Assembly: GCA_963843575.1 (NCBI GenBank)
Contig: CAWJKZ010000019.1
Coordinates: forward strand, 64,001 to 128,000
Reading direction: 5' to 3'
DNA length: 64,000 nucleotides
DNA from: an uncultured Acidobacteriota bacterium
GTDB lineage: Bacteria > Acidobacteriota > UBA6911
Part shown: piece after piece, positions 47,266-56,383 of the stretch
Numbering within the stretch: the stretch's first letter is position 1
Layout of the letters: each line of letters begins with the position of its first letter
Program-made: the position numbers and the translations under genes
Notes under the pieces: generated by a model
Databases searched by the model: none
The model's input: the letters and a program-made list of their open reading frames with translations, nothing else
What the model was told of the DNA's origin: nothing

Positions 47266-49710
47266 ATGAAAAGGATCGTACCCTGGTATGTATCTGGTTT
47301 TCTTGTAGCTGCGCTGCTGATCGCTCCAATGGCCGTCGCCCAGGTCCAGCAGCAGGAACAGGCGGCGGTCACCCACTCGGGGGGTGAGGCGAGTCTGGTG
47401 CTCCCCGATCTTTCACAAGTGTCGTTCCACGGCGTCAACGCCCGCACGTTGCTGAAGGTGGGCATCGGGGTGTGCGCGCTCGGACTGCTCTTCGGTCTCA
47501 TTATTTTCACGCAGTTGCGGGGCCTTCCCGTCCACAGCTCCATGCGCGAAATCTCCGAGTTGATTTACGAGACCTGCAAAACGTACCTGATCACCCAAGG
47601 CAAGTTCATCCTGCTGCTTGAGTTGTTTATCGGCGTGATCATGATCTTCTACTTCGGGGTGCTGCAGCACTTCGATGCCATGCGCGTCGTCATCATCGTC
47701 ATCTTCAGCCTTATCGGCATCGGCGGGAGCTACGGGGTGGCGTGGTTCGGCATCCGGGTCAACACCTTCGCCAACTCCCGGACCGCTTTTGCCAGCCTGC
47801 AGGGGAAGCCGTATCCGATTTACGTCATCCCGCTGAAGGCCGGCATGAGCATCGGGACGATGCTCATCAGCGTCGAGCTGTTCATGATGCTCTGCATCCT
47901 GCTTTTCATCCCGGGCGATTACGCCGGCCCCTGTTTCATCGGGTTTGCGATCGGCGAGTCGCTGGGCGCGGCCGCCCTGCGTATCGCGGGCGGCATCTTC
48001 ACCAAGATCGCGGACATCGGTTCGGACCTGATGAAGATCGTCTTCAACATCAAAGAAGACGATGCCCGCAACCCCGGCGTGATCGCGGATTGCACCGGCG
48101 ACAACGCGGGCGACTCGGTCGGGCCCACGGCCGACGGCTTCGAAACCTACGGGGTCACGGGTGTCGCGCTCATCACGTTTATCCTGCTGGCCGTCCTGCA
48201 GCCGATTGTTCAGGTTCAGCTGCTGGTCTGGATCTTCGCCATGCGTATCATGATGATCATAGCTTCGGGGCTCTCCTACCTGATCAACGAGGGGCTCGCG
48301 AAGGCCCGATACAGCAACGCCACCCAGATGAACTTCGAATCCCCGTTGACGGTTCTCGTGTGGATTACATCGATTGTGTCCGTTATTCTGACCTACGTCG
48401 TGTCCTACCTGCTCATCTCGGACCTCGGCGACGGGACGCTCTGGTGGAAGCTGTCGACCGTGATCACCTGCGGCACCCTGGCTGGGGCCGTGATTCCTGA
48501 ACTCGTCAAGGTTTTCACCTCGACGGAATCGCGCCACGTGCGTGAGGTCGTGACCTCTTCGCGCGAAGGCGGCGCCTCGCTGGGCATCCTGTCCGGGTTT
48601 ATCGCCGGCAACTTCAGCGCCTATTGGATCGGCCTGGCGATCGTCGCCCTGATGGGAACGGCGGCCGCAGTGTCGAGCCTGGGCTTCGGCGCCCTGATGC
48701 ACGCTCCCGCGGTCTTCGCATTCGGGTTGGTCGCCTTCGGGTTTCTCGGGATGGGCCCGGTGACCATCGCGGTCGACTCCTACGGCCCGGTGACCGACAA
48801 CGCCCAGTCGATCTTCGAGCTGTCCGTGATCGAACAGATCCCCGGAGTTAAGGAGCAGATCAAGAAGGAACACGGCTTCAACGTCGATTTTGAGACCGCG
48901 AAGCACCTCCTCGAGCAGAACGACGGCGCCGGCAACACCTTCAAGGCGACCGCGAAGCCTGTGCTCATCGGCACGGCGGTGGTCGGCGCCACCACGATGA
49001 TCTTCTCGATCATCGTCATGCTGACCCACGGTCTCACCCTGAATCTCGACAAGCTCTCTCTCCTCCACCCGCAGTTCCTGCTCGGCCTGATCTGCGGTGG
49101 CGCGGTGATCTACTGGTTCACCGGTGCGTCCACGCAGGCGGTGAGCACGGGGGCCTACCGGGCGGTCGAGTTCATCAAGGCGAATATCCGGCTCGAGAGT
49201 ACCGAGAAGGCGTCGGTGTCGGACAGCAAGAAGGTGGTGGCCATCTGCACCAAGTATGCGCAGAAGGGCATGTTCAACATCTTCATGACGGTGTTCTTCT
49301 CGACACTGGCGTTTGCCTTCTTCGAGCCCTACTTCTTCATCGGCTACCTTATTTCCATAGCGCTCTTCGGCCTGTTCCAGGCGATCTTCATGGCCAACGC
49401 CGGAGCCGCGTGGGACAACGCAAAGAAGATCGTCGAGGTCGAGTTGAAGGAGAAGGGGACACCGCTGCACGCGGCCACAGTTATATGCGACACGGTGGGC
49501 GACCCGTTCAAAGACACTTCCTCGGTGGCGATGAATCCCGTGATCAAGTTCACCACGTTGTTCGGTCTGCTGGCCGTCGAGCTCGCGGTCAAACTGACCA
49601 CCGACGCCGGGTCGGCGGTCAGCCTGACGCTCTCGGCCATATTCCTGCTGGTGGCGTTTTTCTTCGTCTACCGCTCGTTCTACGGCATGCGCATCAAGTC
49701 GGGCGGATAG
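47266..49710 (+). CDS. hppA: Membrane-integral cation-translocating pyrophosphatase
   Basis: GGIFTKIADIGSDLMK..EDDARNPGVIADCTGDNAGD, DSYGPVTDNA, GNTFKATAK, WDNAKK, DTVGDPFKDT. Confidence 0.94.
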   Translation: MKRIVPWYVSGFLVAALLIAPMAVAQVQQQEQAAVTHSGGEASLVLPDLSQVSFHGVNARTLLKVGIGVCALGLLFGLIIFTQLRGLPVHSSMREISELIYETCKTYLITQGKFILLLELFIGVIMIFYFGVLQHFDAMRVVIIVIFSLIGIGGSYGVAWFGIRVNTFANSRTAFASLQGKPYPIYVIPLKAGMSIGTMLISVELFMMLCILLFIPGDYAGPCFIGFAIGESLGAAALRIAGGIFTKIADIGSDLMKIVFNIKEDDARNPGVIADCTGDNAGDSVGPTADGFETYGVTGVALITFILLAVLQPIVQVQLLVWIFAMRIMMIIASGLSYLINEGLAKARYSNATQMNFESPLTVLVWITSIVSVILTYVVSYLLISDLGDGTLWWKLSTVITCGTLAGAVIPELVKVFTSTESRHVREVVTSSREGGASLGILSGFIAGNFSAYWIGLAIVALMGTAAAVSSLGFGALMHAPAVFAFGLVAFGFLGMGPVTIAVDSYGPVTDNAQSIFELSVIEQIPGVKEQIKKEHGFNVDFETAKHLLEQNDGAGNTFKATAKPVLIGTAVVGATTMIFSIIVMLTHGLTLNLDKLSLLHPQFLLGLICGGAVIYWFTGASTQAVSTGAYRAVEFIKANIRLESTEKASVSDSKKVVAICTKYAQKGMFNIFMTVFFSTLAFAFFEPYFFIGYLISIALFGLFQAIFMANAGAAWDNAKKIVEVELKEKGTPLHAATVICDTVGDPFKDTSSVAMNPVIKFTTLFGLLAVELAVKLTTDAGSAVSLTLSAIFLLVAFFFVYRSFYGMRIKSGG

Positions 49711-49775
49711 CCTCAGTGTTCGGGCCGGGCCGCGGTCGCGCACCGGGGCCCGGCCCGGGTCTTTCCGGAGGCCCT

Positions 49776-50744
49776 ATGAGTCGGATGCGACGCAGCCTCA
49801 CCGTCGTGCTCCTGCTGGCGCTGGTGGCCGGATTTTCCTGCAGGAAAAATGACAAGCTCGTGATCGCGGTGGTGCCCAAGAGCCAGGCGCACATCTTCTG
49901 GCAGACGGTTCATGCCGGGGCGGCCGCCGCGGCGCAGGAGTTCGGGGTGGAGATCCGCTGGAACGGCCCCGCCTCGGAGATCGACTTCAGCCGCCAGATC
50001 AACATCGTGGAGGACTTCATCAACCAGCGCGTGGACGGGATCGTGCTGGCCCCGACGCACGGCGAATCGCTCGTTCCTATCGTCGAACGCGCGGCGCAGG
50101 AGAAGATCCCGGTCGTGATTTTCGACTCGGGCATCCAAACCGAGAAATATCTGACCTACGTCTCGACCGACAACTACAAAGGCGGCGGACTGGCGGCGGA
50201 ACGGTTGGGGTTGCTGATCCCGGCCGGCGACATCGCCATCCTCGCCACGATTCCCGGAAGCGTGTCGACCGCCGAACGGGAGAACGGGTTCCGCGAGACC
50301 CTCGCCCGCAAGTTCCCAAGCCTCCAGGTGGTCGACTTCCAGTACGGCATGTCGGATCGGGCCAAGACCCTCGCGGTCGCCGAGGACATGCTCGCGGCGC
50401 ACCCCGGCCTCTCCGGCCTGTTCTGCAGCAACGAGTCGGGCACCGTCGGGGCGGTCCAGGCGGCCAAGTCCAAGGGAATGGCGGGCAAGCTCAAGATCGT
50501 TGGCTTCGACACCTCCCCGACCCTGATCGAGGACCTGCAGGCGGGCAACATCGACTCGCTCGTGGTGCAGAATCCGTTCCGCATGGGGTACCTGGGCGTG
50601 AAGGCGATCGTCGACAGGCTGAATGGCAAAACCCCGGAAAAGCGCATCGACACCGGGGCCACGCTCGTCACCTCCTCCAACCTGCAGGAACCGGCCATCC
50701 AGGACCTGGTGAATCCGCCGATCGACAAGTACCTGAAGAAGTAA
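49776..50744 (+). CDS. Sugar ABC transporter substrate-binding lipoprotein (RbsB-like)
   Basis: Lipobox-like AGFSC, VVPK..HIFW, FDS, TDNY, VGFD, VQNPFRMGY. Confidence 0.9.
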   Translation: MSRMRRSLTVVLLLALVAGFSCRKNDKLVIAVVPKSQAHIFWQTVHAGAAAAAQEFGVEIRWNGPASEIDFSRQINIVEDFINQRVDGIVLAPTHGESLVPIVERAAQEKIPVVIFDSGIQTEKYLTYVSTDNYKGGGLAAERLGLLIPAGDIAILATIPGSVSTAERENGFRETLARKFPSLQVVDFQYGMSDRAKTLAVAEDMLAAHPGLSGLFCSNESGTVGAVQAAKSKGMAGKLKIVGFDTSPTLIEDLQAGNIDSLVVQNPFRMGYLGVKAIVDRLNGKTPEKRIDTGATLVTSSNLQEPAIQDLVNPPIDKYLKK

Positions 50745-50750
50745 GGCACC

Positions 50751-52237
50751 ATGCCCGAGCCCCTGCTGGAGATGAAAGGGATCTCGAAGTCCTTCGGGGG
50801 CAATCTCGTTCTCTCCGACGTCGATCTCGAGATCTGGCCAGGCGAGGTCCACGCGCTGGTCGGGGAAAACGGGGCCGGCAAGTCCACCTTCATGAAGATC
50901 CTGAACGGCGTGTACACGCGGGACTCGGGGACCATCCGGATCCTGGGGGCGAGGTCGGCCTCTCCACCCCGCACGACGCACGCCGCGCCGGGATCAGCAT
51001 GATCTTCCAGGAGCACACGCTGGCGCCCCATCTGAGCGTGGCGGACAACATCTTCCTCGGCGCGGAGCCGACCGGACCGCGGGCCTGCTCGACAACCGGA
51101 AATGGCGCGTCAGGCGCGCGTCATACTGGAGCGACACCATTTCTCCCTCGACCCGTCAGCCCCCGTCGGCCGGCTCAGCCGGGCGGAGAAGCAGCTGGTC
51201 GAGATCGCCCGCGCCCTGCGCTCCGCCACCCGCGTGGTCGTCATGGACGAGCCGACCGCGGTGCTTTCGGGACCCGAGGCGAACGAGCTGTTCCGGATCA
51301 TCGGGGACCTGAGGGCGCGGGGTCTCGCGATCGTCTACATCTCGCATCGCATGGAGGAACTGGCGCTCATCGCCGACCGCATCACGATCCTGCGCGACGG
51401 CAAGCGGGTGTACACCGGCCCGTACGAGTCGATCGACAACTCGGCCATCATCCGCCACATGGTGGGCCGCGAGATCGGGGAGCTCTACCCGCCGCGCAAC
51501 ACGCCGCGGACGAAGTCGTGCTGGAGGTGCGCGGCCTCACCGGCGGCCGCGAGTACCGCGACGTCTCCTTCGCGCTGCACCGCGGCGAGATCCTGGGCGT
51601 CGCCGGCCTGGTCGGCGCCGGCCGCACGGCCCTGGCGCGCGGCCTCTTCGGGCTCGATCCGCCCCGGGCGGGTTCGGTCGCGCTGCGCGGTGCACTCCCG
51701 TTCGTTTCCGCATTGCCGCGACGCCATCCGCTCCGGCTTCGCCTATCTCACCGAGGACCGCAAGGTCACCAGCCTTTTCCCGCACCTGCCGCTCGTGCAC
51801 AACATCTCCATGGCGGCGCTGGACAAGGTCGCCTCCGGGGGTGTCCTGCGCCTGCGCGAGGAGGCCCGCAGGTGCGGCGAGCTGGTCCGGGACCTGCGCA
51901 TCCGGGCCCGCTCCGAATGGGACCCCGTCTATCGCCTCTCGGGCGGCAATCAGCAGAAGTGGCTGGTGGCCCGATGGCTGTTCGCCGGTTCCTCCGTGCT
52001 CCTGCTCGACGAGCCCACCCAGGGAGTGGACCTCGGCGCACGGGCCGAGATATACCGGCTGATCGCCGGATCGCGAGCGACGGCGGTGCCATCCTGATGA
52101 TCTCGTCGGATCTGCCCGAACTGCTCGGCATGAGCCACCGGATCGCCGTGATGCGGCGGGGCGAGTTCGTCGCGACCCTGGACGCAAGCCGCACGACCCA
52201 GGAGGAGATCATGCGTTACGCCGCGCTGGTTCAATAA
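50751..52237 (+). CDS. Sugar ABC transporter ATP-binding protein (RbsA-like; several frameshifts)
   Basis: [43 protein letters not shown], spread over three ORF fragments. Confidence 0.88.
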
Positions 52238-52258
52238 TCCGAGGGGAGGAGGGCGCTG

Positions 52259-53191
52259 ATGCGCGATTTCCTGAAACGGTTCCTGCCCTTTGCCAGCCTG
52301 ATCGCCCTGTTCGCGTTCCTGTCGCTGGCCTCCCCCTATTTCCTCACCGTGGGCAACCTCTCTTCCGTGATCCGCCAGACGACGGTCATCACCATCATCG
52401 CAATCGGTATGACGGTGATCATGGCCGCCGGCGGCATCGATCTCTCCGTCGGGTCGATGGTCGGGCTGACGGGGGTCTGCGGCACGATGCTGATTGCCGG
52501 GTTCGACTCCACCCCGCTCGCCCTCCTGGGTGCCGTCGCGGCCGGGATGGCTTGCGGCGCCGTCAACGGCGGCGCCGTCACCCTGTTGCGCATCCCGCCG
52601 TTCATCGCCACCCTGGGGACGCTCGGAATCTACCGCGGCCTCACCCTGATCATGACGGGCGGGATGCCGGTCGCCAACCTGAAGCGGGATTTCGGCGCAC
52701 TCGCCACCGGCGACGTGCTCGGGGTCATCCCGGTGCCGCTGGTCTTCCTGGTGGCCGTCGCGGCCCTCGTTCACTTCGTGTTGAATTACACGAAGCTTGG
52801 GCGTTACAGTTACGCCATCGGAAGCAATTCGGAGGCGGCACGCTGTTCGGGCATCCGGACCGGCAGGATCACCGTCATCATCTACGCGCTCGGCGGAGCG
52901 CTCGCCGGCCTGGCCGGCATGATCGAAGCCGCCAGGCTCGTTACGGGGCAGCCGACCGCCGGTGAGGGTTACGAACTGCGTGTGATCGCGGCCGTCGTCA
53001 TCGGAGGTGGCAGCCTCAATGGCGGGCAGGGGACGGTCCTCGGCACCATCGTCGGGTCGCTGATCATGGGCCTGCTGAGCAACGGCTGCAACCTGCTGGG
53101 GATCTCCCCATTCCTTCAGCAGGTGATCATCGGGTCGGTCATCGTCCTGGCCGTCACGTTCGATGAGTACCAACGGCGCAAAATTGCCTGA
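52259..53191 (+). CDS. Sugar ABC transporter permease (RbsC-like)
   Basis: GGIDLSVGS, IPPFIATLG, GR..YAIGSNSEAA..SGI, YELRVIAAVVIGG. Confidence 0.93.
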   Translation: MRDFLKRFLPFASLIALFAFLSLASPYFLTVGNLSSVIRQTTVITIIAIGMTVIMAAGGIDLSVGSMVGLTGVCGTMLIAGFDSTPLALLGAVAAGMACGAVNGGAVTLLRIPPFIATLGTLGIYRGLTLIMTGGMPVANLKRDFGALATGDVLGVIPVPLVFLVAVAALVHFVLNYTKLGRYSYAIGSNSEAARCSGIRTGRITVIIYALGGALAGLAGMIEAARLVTGQPTAGEGYELRVIAAVVIGGGSLNGGQGTVLGTIVGSLIMGLLSNGCNLLGISPFLQQVIIGSVIVLAVTFDEYQRRKIA

Positions 53192-53242
53192 CGGGCCGGT
53201 CGCAGCCAGCCGGGATCGGCAAATTCAAGAGGAGGGGTTCTC

Positions 53243-53695
53243 ATGTTCGCTGAGTTCAAGAAGTTCGTTATGCGTGGGAACGTGCTCGACATGGCAGTCG
53301 GCATCATCATCGGCGTAGCGTTCGGCAAGATCGTTTCGTCGTTTGTGGCCGATATCCTCATGCCTCCGCTCGGACTGCTGATGGGAGGTCTGGATTTTTC
53401 GAACCTGTTCATCAACTTGAGCAGCCAGACCTTCAAGTCGCTGGCGGAAGCGAAAGCCGCAGGCGCGCCGACGATCAACTACGGGCTGTTCATCAACACC
53501 GTGATCGATTTCCTGATCGTGGCGTTCGCGATCTTCCTGATGATCCGGCAGGTCAACCGGTTCACCGCGCCCAAAGAGGCGCCGGCGGTACCGACTGCAA
53601 AGGACTGCCCGTTCTGCTGCACGAGCATTCCGATCAAAGCCGTCCGCTGCCCTCAGTGCACGTCGGACCTTAAGACCGGAGCGGCGGGTCGCTGA
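53243..53695 (+). CDS. mscL: Large-conductance mechanosensitive channel with C-terminal CxxC..CxxC
   Basis: [38 protein letters not shown]; tail CPFC..CPQC. Confidence 0.95.
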   Translation: MFAEFKKFVMRGNVLDMAVGIIIGVAFGKIVSSFVADILMPPLGLLMGGLDFSNLFINLSSQTFKSLAEAKAAGAPTINYGLFINTVIDFLIVAFAIFLMIRQVNRFTAPKEAPAVPTAKDCPFCCTSIPIKAVRCPQCTSDLKTGAAGR

Positions 53696-56128
53696 GTGCC
53701 GTCGGGTAGCAGTTCGTAGGGTACCCAGACGAGCCCAAACAGCTGCAGCAGGATGTCCTGACGCGTCGGCCGTATGGCGATCTGTTGGAGCACTTCCCGC
53801 TGAGGGTCGAAAGCCGCCGCGAGCTGGTCGGCCTCCTGCTGCAGCTGTCGTTCGAGTTCCGCGATCTGAGACTGGACCGATTCCCTCTCCTCCTGCGCGC
53901 GTTGCACGTCCTGCTTCTCGCGGAAGATGCGTGAGGTCTGCCGCGCCGCCGTCGTGGCTCTGCCCAGCGTGCTCGCGCTGAAGGTCTTGCGGCCGAAAAG
54001 AGCCCCCAGCACGGTCGCCCCGAAAGAAATCCCAGCCTGCAGCTTCTGCTCGCCGAACTGTTCCTGCTCGCGCCCGATGCGCTGATCGCTGCGCATGAGG
54101 CGTTGGTTTAACGTCGTCAAGTTTGGAAGCGTAGCGCTGGCGCAGGCGGTCGACTTCAAAATCCCGCCGTTCCCGAGCCATCTGTTGGAGACGCAGTTTG
54201 AAGTCCTGCTCCGACTCGCCCGGGCGCGAGAGGGTCTTGAACACATTGCTCTTCCACAGGGTCATCTGGGACAGGCGATACACGAAGTCGAGGTACCCTT
54301 TCTGCGAACTCTGGAGCCGCTTGGGCTGCAGCGGCGTCGTCGGGATCGGGAGGTATTCGCCCGGGGCCTGCGGCTGGCGCGGCAGCCCGGAAGGTTCGGC
54401 GTCCACGGCGGCGGCTTCGTCCCACGCCGCCACCGTCATGTTGTCGCGCAACTCCAGCACGTGCGCCACGGACTGCGCCGAGGTGATCCCGTACTTGTTG
54501 TTGACGATCTGGACTTTGGCGGACCCGATCAGAAAAGGGTGGTAGACGATGCGGCCCGCCGCGGCCGGGGGAGCGAAATACTGCGGCAGTTCGGGCGGGG
54601 TCTGGGGCGGGGCCGCCAGCAGCCCGGCGTCAGCGGCCGGGCGCACGGCGGGCTGCGGAGCCGTGGCCGTGGCGGAAGACGCCCCAGCGGGTGGCGCGGT
54701 GGCCGATGGCGTGGCTCCCGGCAGGTTGACCGTCAGGTCGCGGATCTGCGAACGGGTCAGCGGGCCCGGCAGGTAGGAGAGGCACCACCGGCTGCTGAAC
54801 AGGACCGGATGGTCTTCGTGGACATTCTGCATCAGAAACGTGCGTTGCTTGAGGCCGGAGAGAATGGCGGTCAGGCGATTCCGGTCGAAGCCTTGCGCTC
54901 CCGCCCCGATCCCGGTCAGCCCGTCGATCAGCCGGTCCCGGTCCCGCTCCGTCTGCAGCCTGCCGACAAACCACGTGCCCGTGTTGGCCAGCCCCTTATA
55001 GTCCAGGTCGACCGGGTTCTGGGTGGCCAGGACCACGCCGAGCCCGAAAGCGCGCGCCTGCTTGAGCAGCGTCAGGAGCGGCTTTTTCGTCGGAGGCTCC
55101 GACACCGGGGGGAAGAAGCCGAAGATCTCATCCATGTAGAGGATGGCCCGGAGGCTCGTGGTTCCCGGCTGAGAGCGCATCCAGGAGAGCGTCTGGTTCA
55201 GCAGCAGGCCGACAAAGAACATCCGCTCGGCGTCCGAGAGGTGCGCGATCGAAAAGATGCTCACCCTGGGTTTCGCGTCCGGGGTGTAGAGCATGCGCCC
55301 CACGTCGAGCGGTTCCCCTTGAAGCCATGCGCCGAAGGCCGGGGCCGCGAGCAGGTTGTTGAGCATCATGGCGAGTTCGAGGCGCTGGGCGGCCGGGTAA
55401 AAAGACTCCAGGTCGAATACCCCGACGCGCTGCACCGGAGGGGACTGGATCGACTGGATCAGGAGCGGCAGCGTCACATCCTGGCGCGCGCCCCAAGCCT
55501 GCTCCAGGATGGTCGAGATCAGGATGTGCTCCCGGCTGCGGAGCGGGTCGGCCTGGATGCCGAGGAGCCCGAGCAGCCCCGACGCCGTGCTCGCGATCCG
55601 TTCCGCCAGCATCTCCCGGTCGGCGAAGTACTGGGGCGGCGGGGCGGCAAACGACGCCGTGATCGACACCGGCAGCCCCGCCGTGCTGCCGGGCGTGTAG
55701 ACCGCAAAATCGGCGGCGGAGCGCAGCCTGCGGATCCGCTCGCCATCCTGCTCCCAGTCGGCCAGCCCTTTGCGCCAGCGCTCGGCCTCGCGCGCGGCGA
55801 ATTCGTCCGGGGCCAGCCCCTGGCTGCGCGCGGCGTCCTCGTTGATCCAGGGGCGGAAATCCGAGGGTCGCAGTTCCGGGAAGGTCAGAAGCAGGTCCGC
55901 CAGATCCCCCTTGGGATCGATGACGAGCGCCGGAACTGAATCGATGGCCGCTTCTTCGAGCAACGCCGTGCAGAGCCCCGTTTTGCCGCTGCCGGTCATG
56001 CCGACGCAGACCGCGTGGGTGACAAGGTCCCGCGCATCATAGAGAAGATAATCCGGATTGAGCTGTCCGGTGTCGGGGTTTACGGTTTTTCCCAGGTAGA
56101 AGACGCCGAGCTTTTCGTAGTTTTCCAT
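53653..56128 (-). CDS. HerA/FtsK-superfamily ATPase with C-terminal coiled coil (frameshift near 54125)
   Basis: [45 protein letters not shown]; C-terminal part in ORF 53653-54246. Confidence 0.85.
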
Positions 56129-56219
56129 GCCGGAGAACTTAGCACCAATAGACTCCGGAAGCAGCAGGCATTCTGCGTCGGCCACAACGGTTGAACCACC
56201 CGCCCTGCCCGTAAAACAA

Positions 56220-56310
56220 GTGGGTCCGGGCTTCAGCCCGGACGCCTTTTGATCTGATCTATGTGGCGATGGGCGCACGTTAGAGCGACCGCAAACAGCG
56301 TCCGGGCTGA
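56220..56310. repeat. REPIN-like unit (copy 3, inverted, right arm truncated)
   Basis: Spacer is the reverse complement of 26625-26680 at about 50/56 nt; partial TIR caacggttga at 56185-56194. Confidence 0.85.
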
Positions 56311-56383
56311 CATGCGTCGTCGTTCAGCGCGAGCCATGCGCAGGGCGCCGTCGAGTCAGCGCGTCGCGGAGCGCCATCCCGGG

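Noticed and set aside
53225-56278. 1017-aa ORF spanning all of mscL on the opposite strand
   Set aside because: The N-terminal extension is translated REP sequence, and the C-terminal part is off-frame after the indel near 54125.
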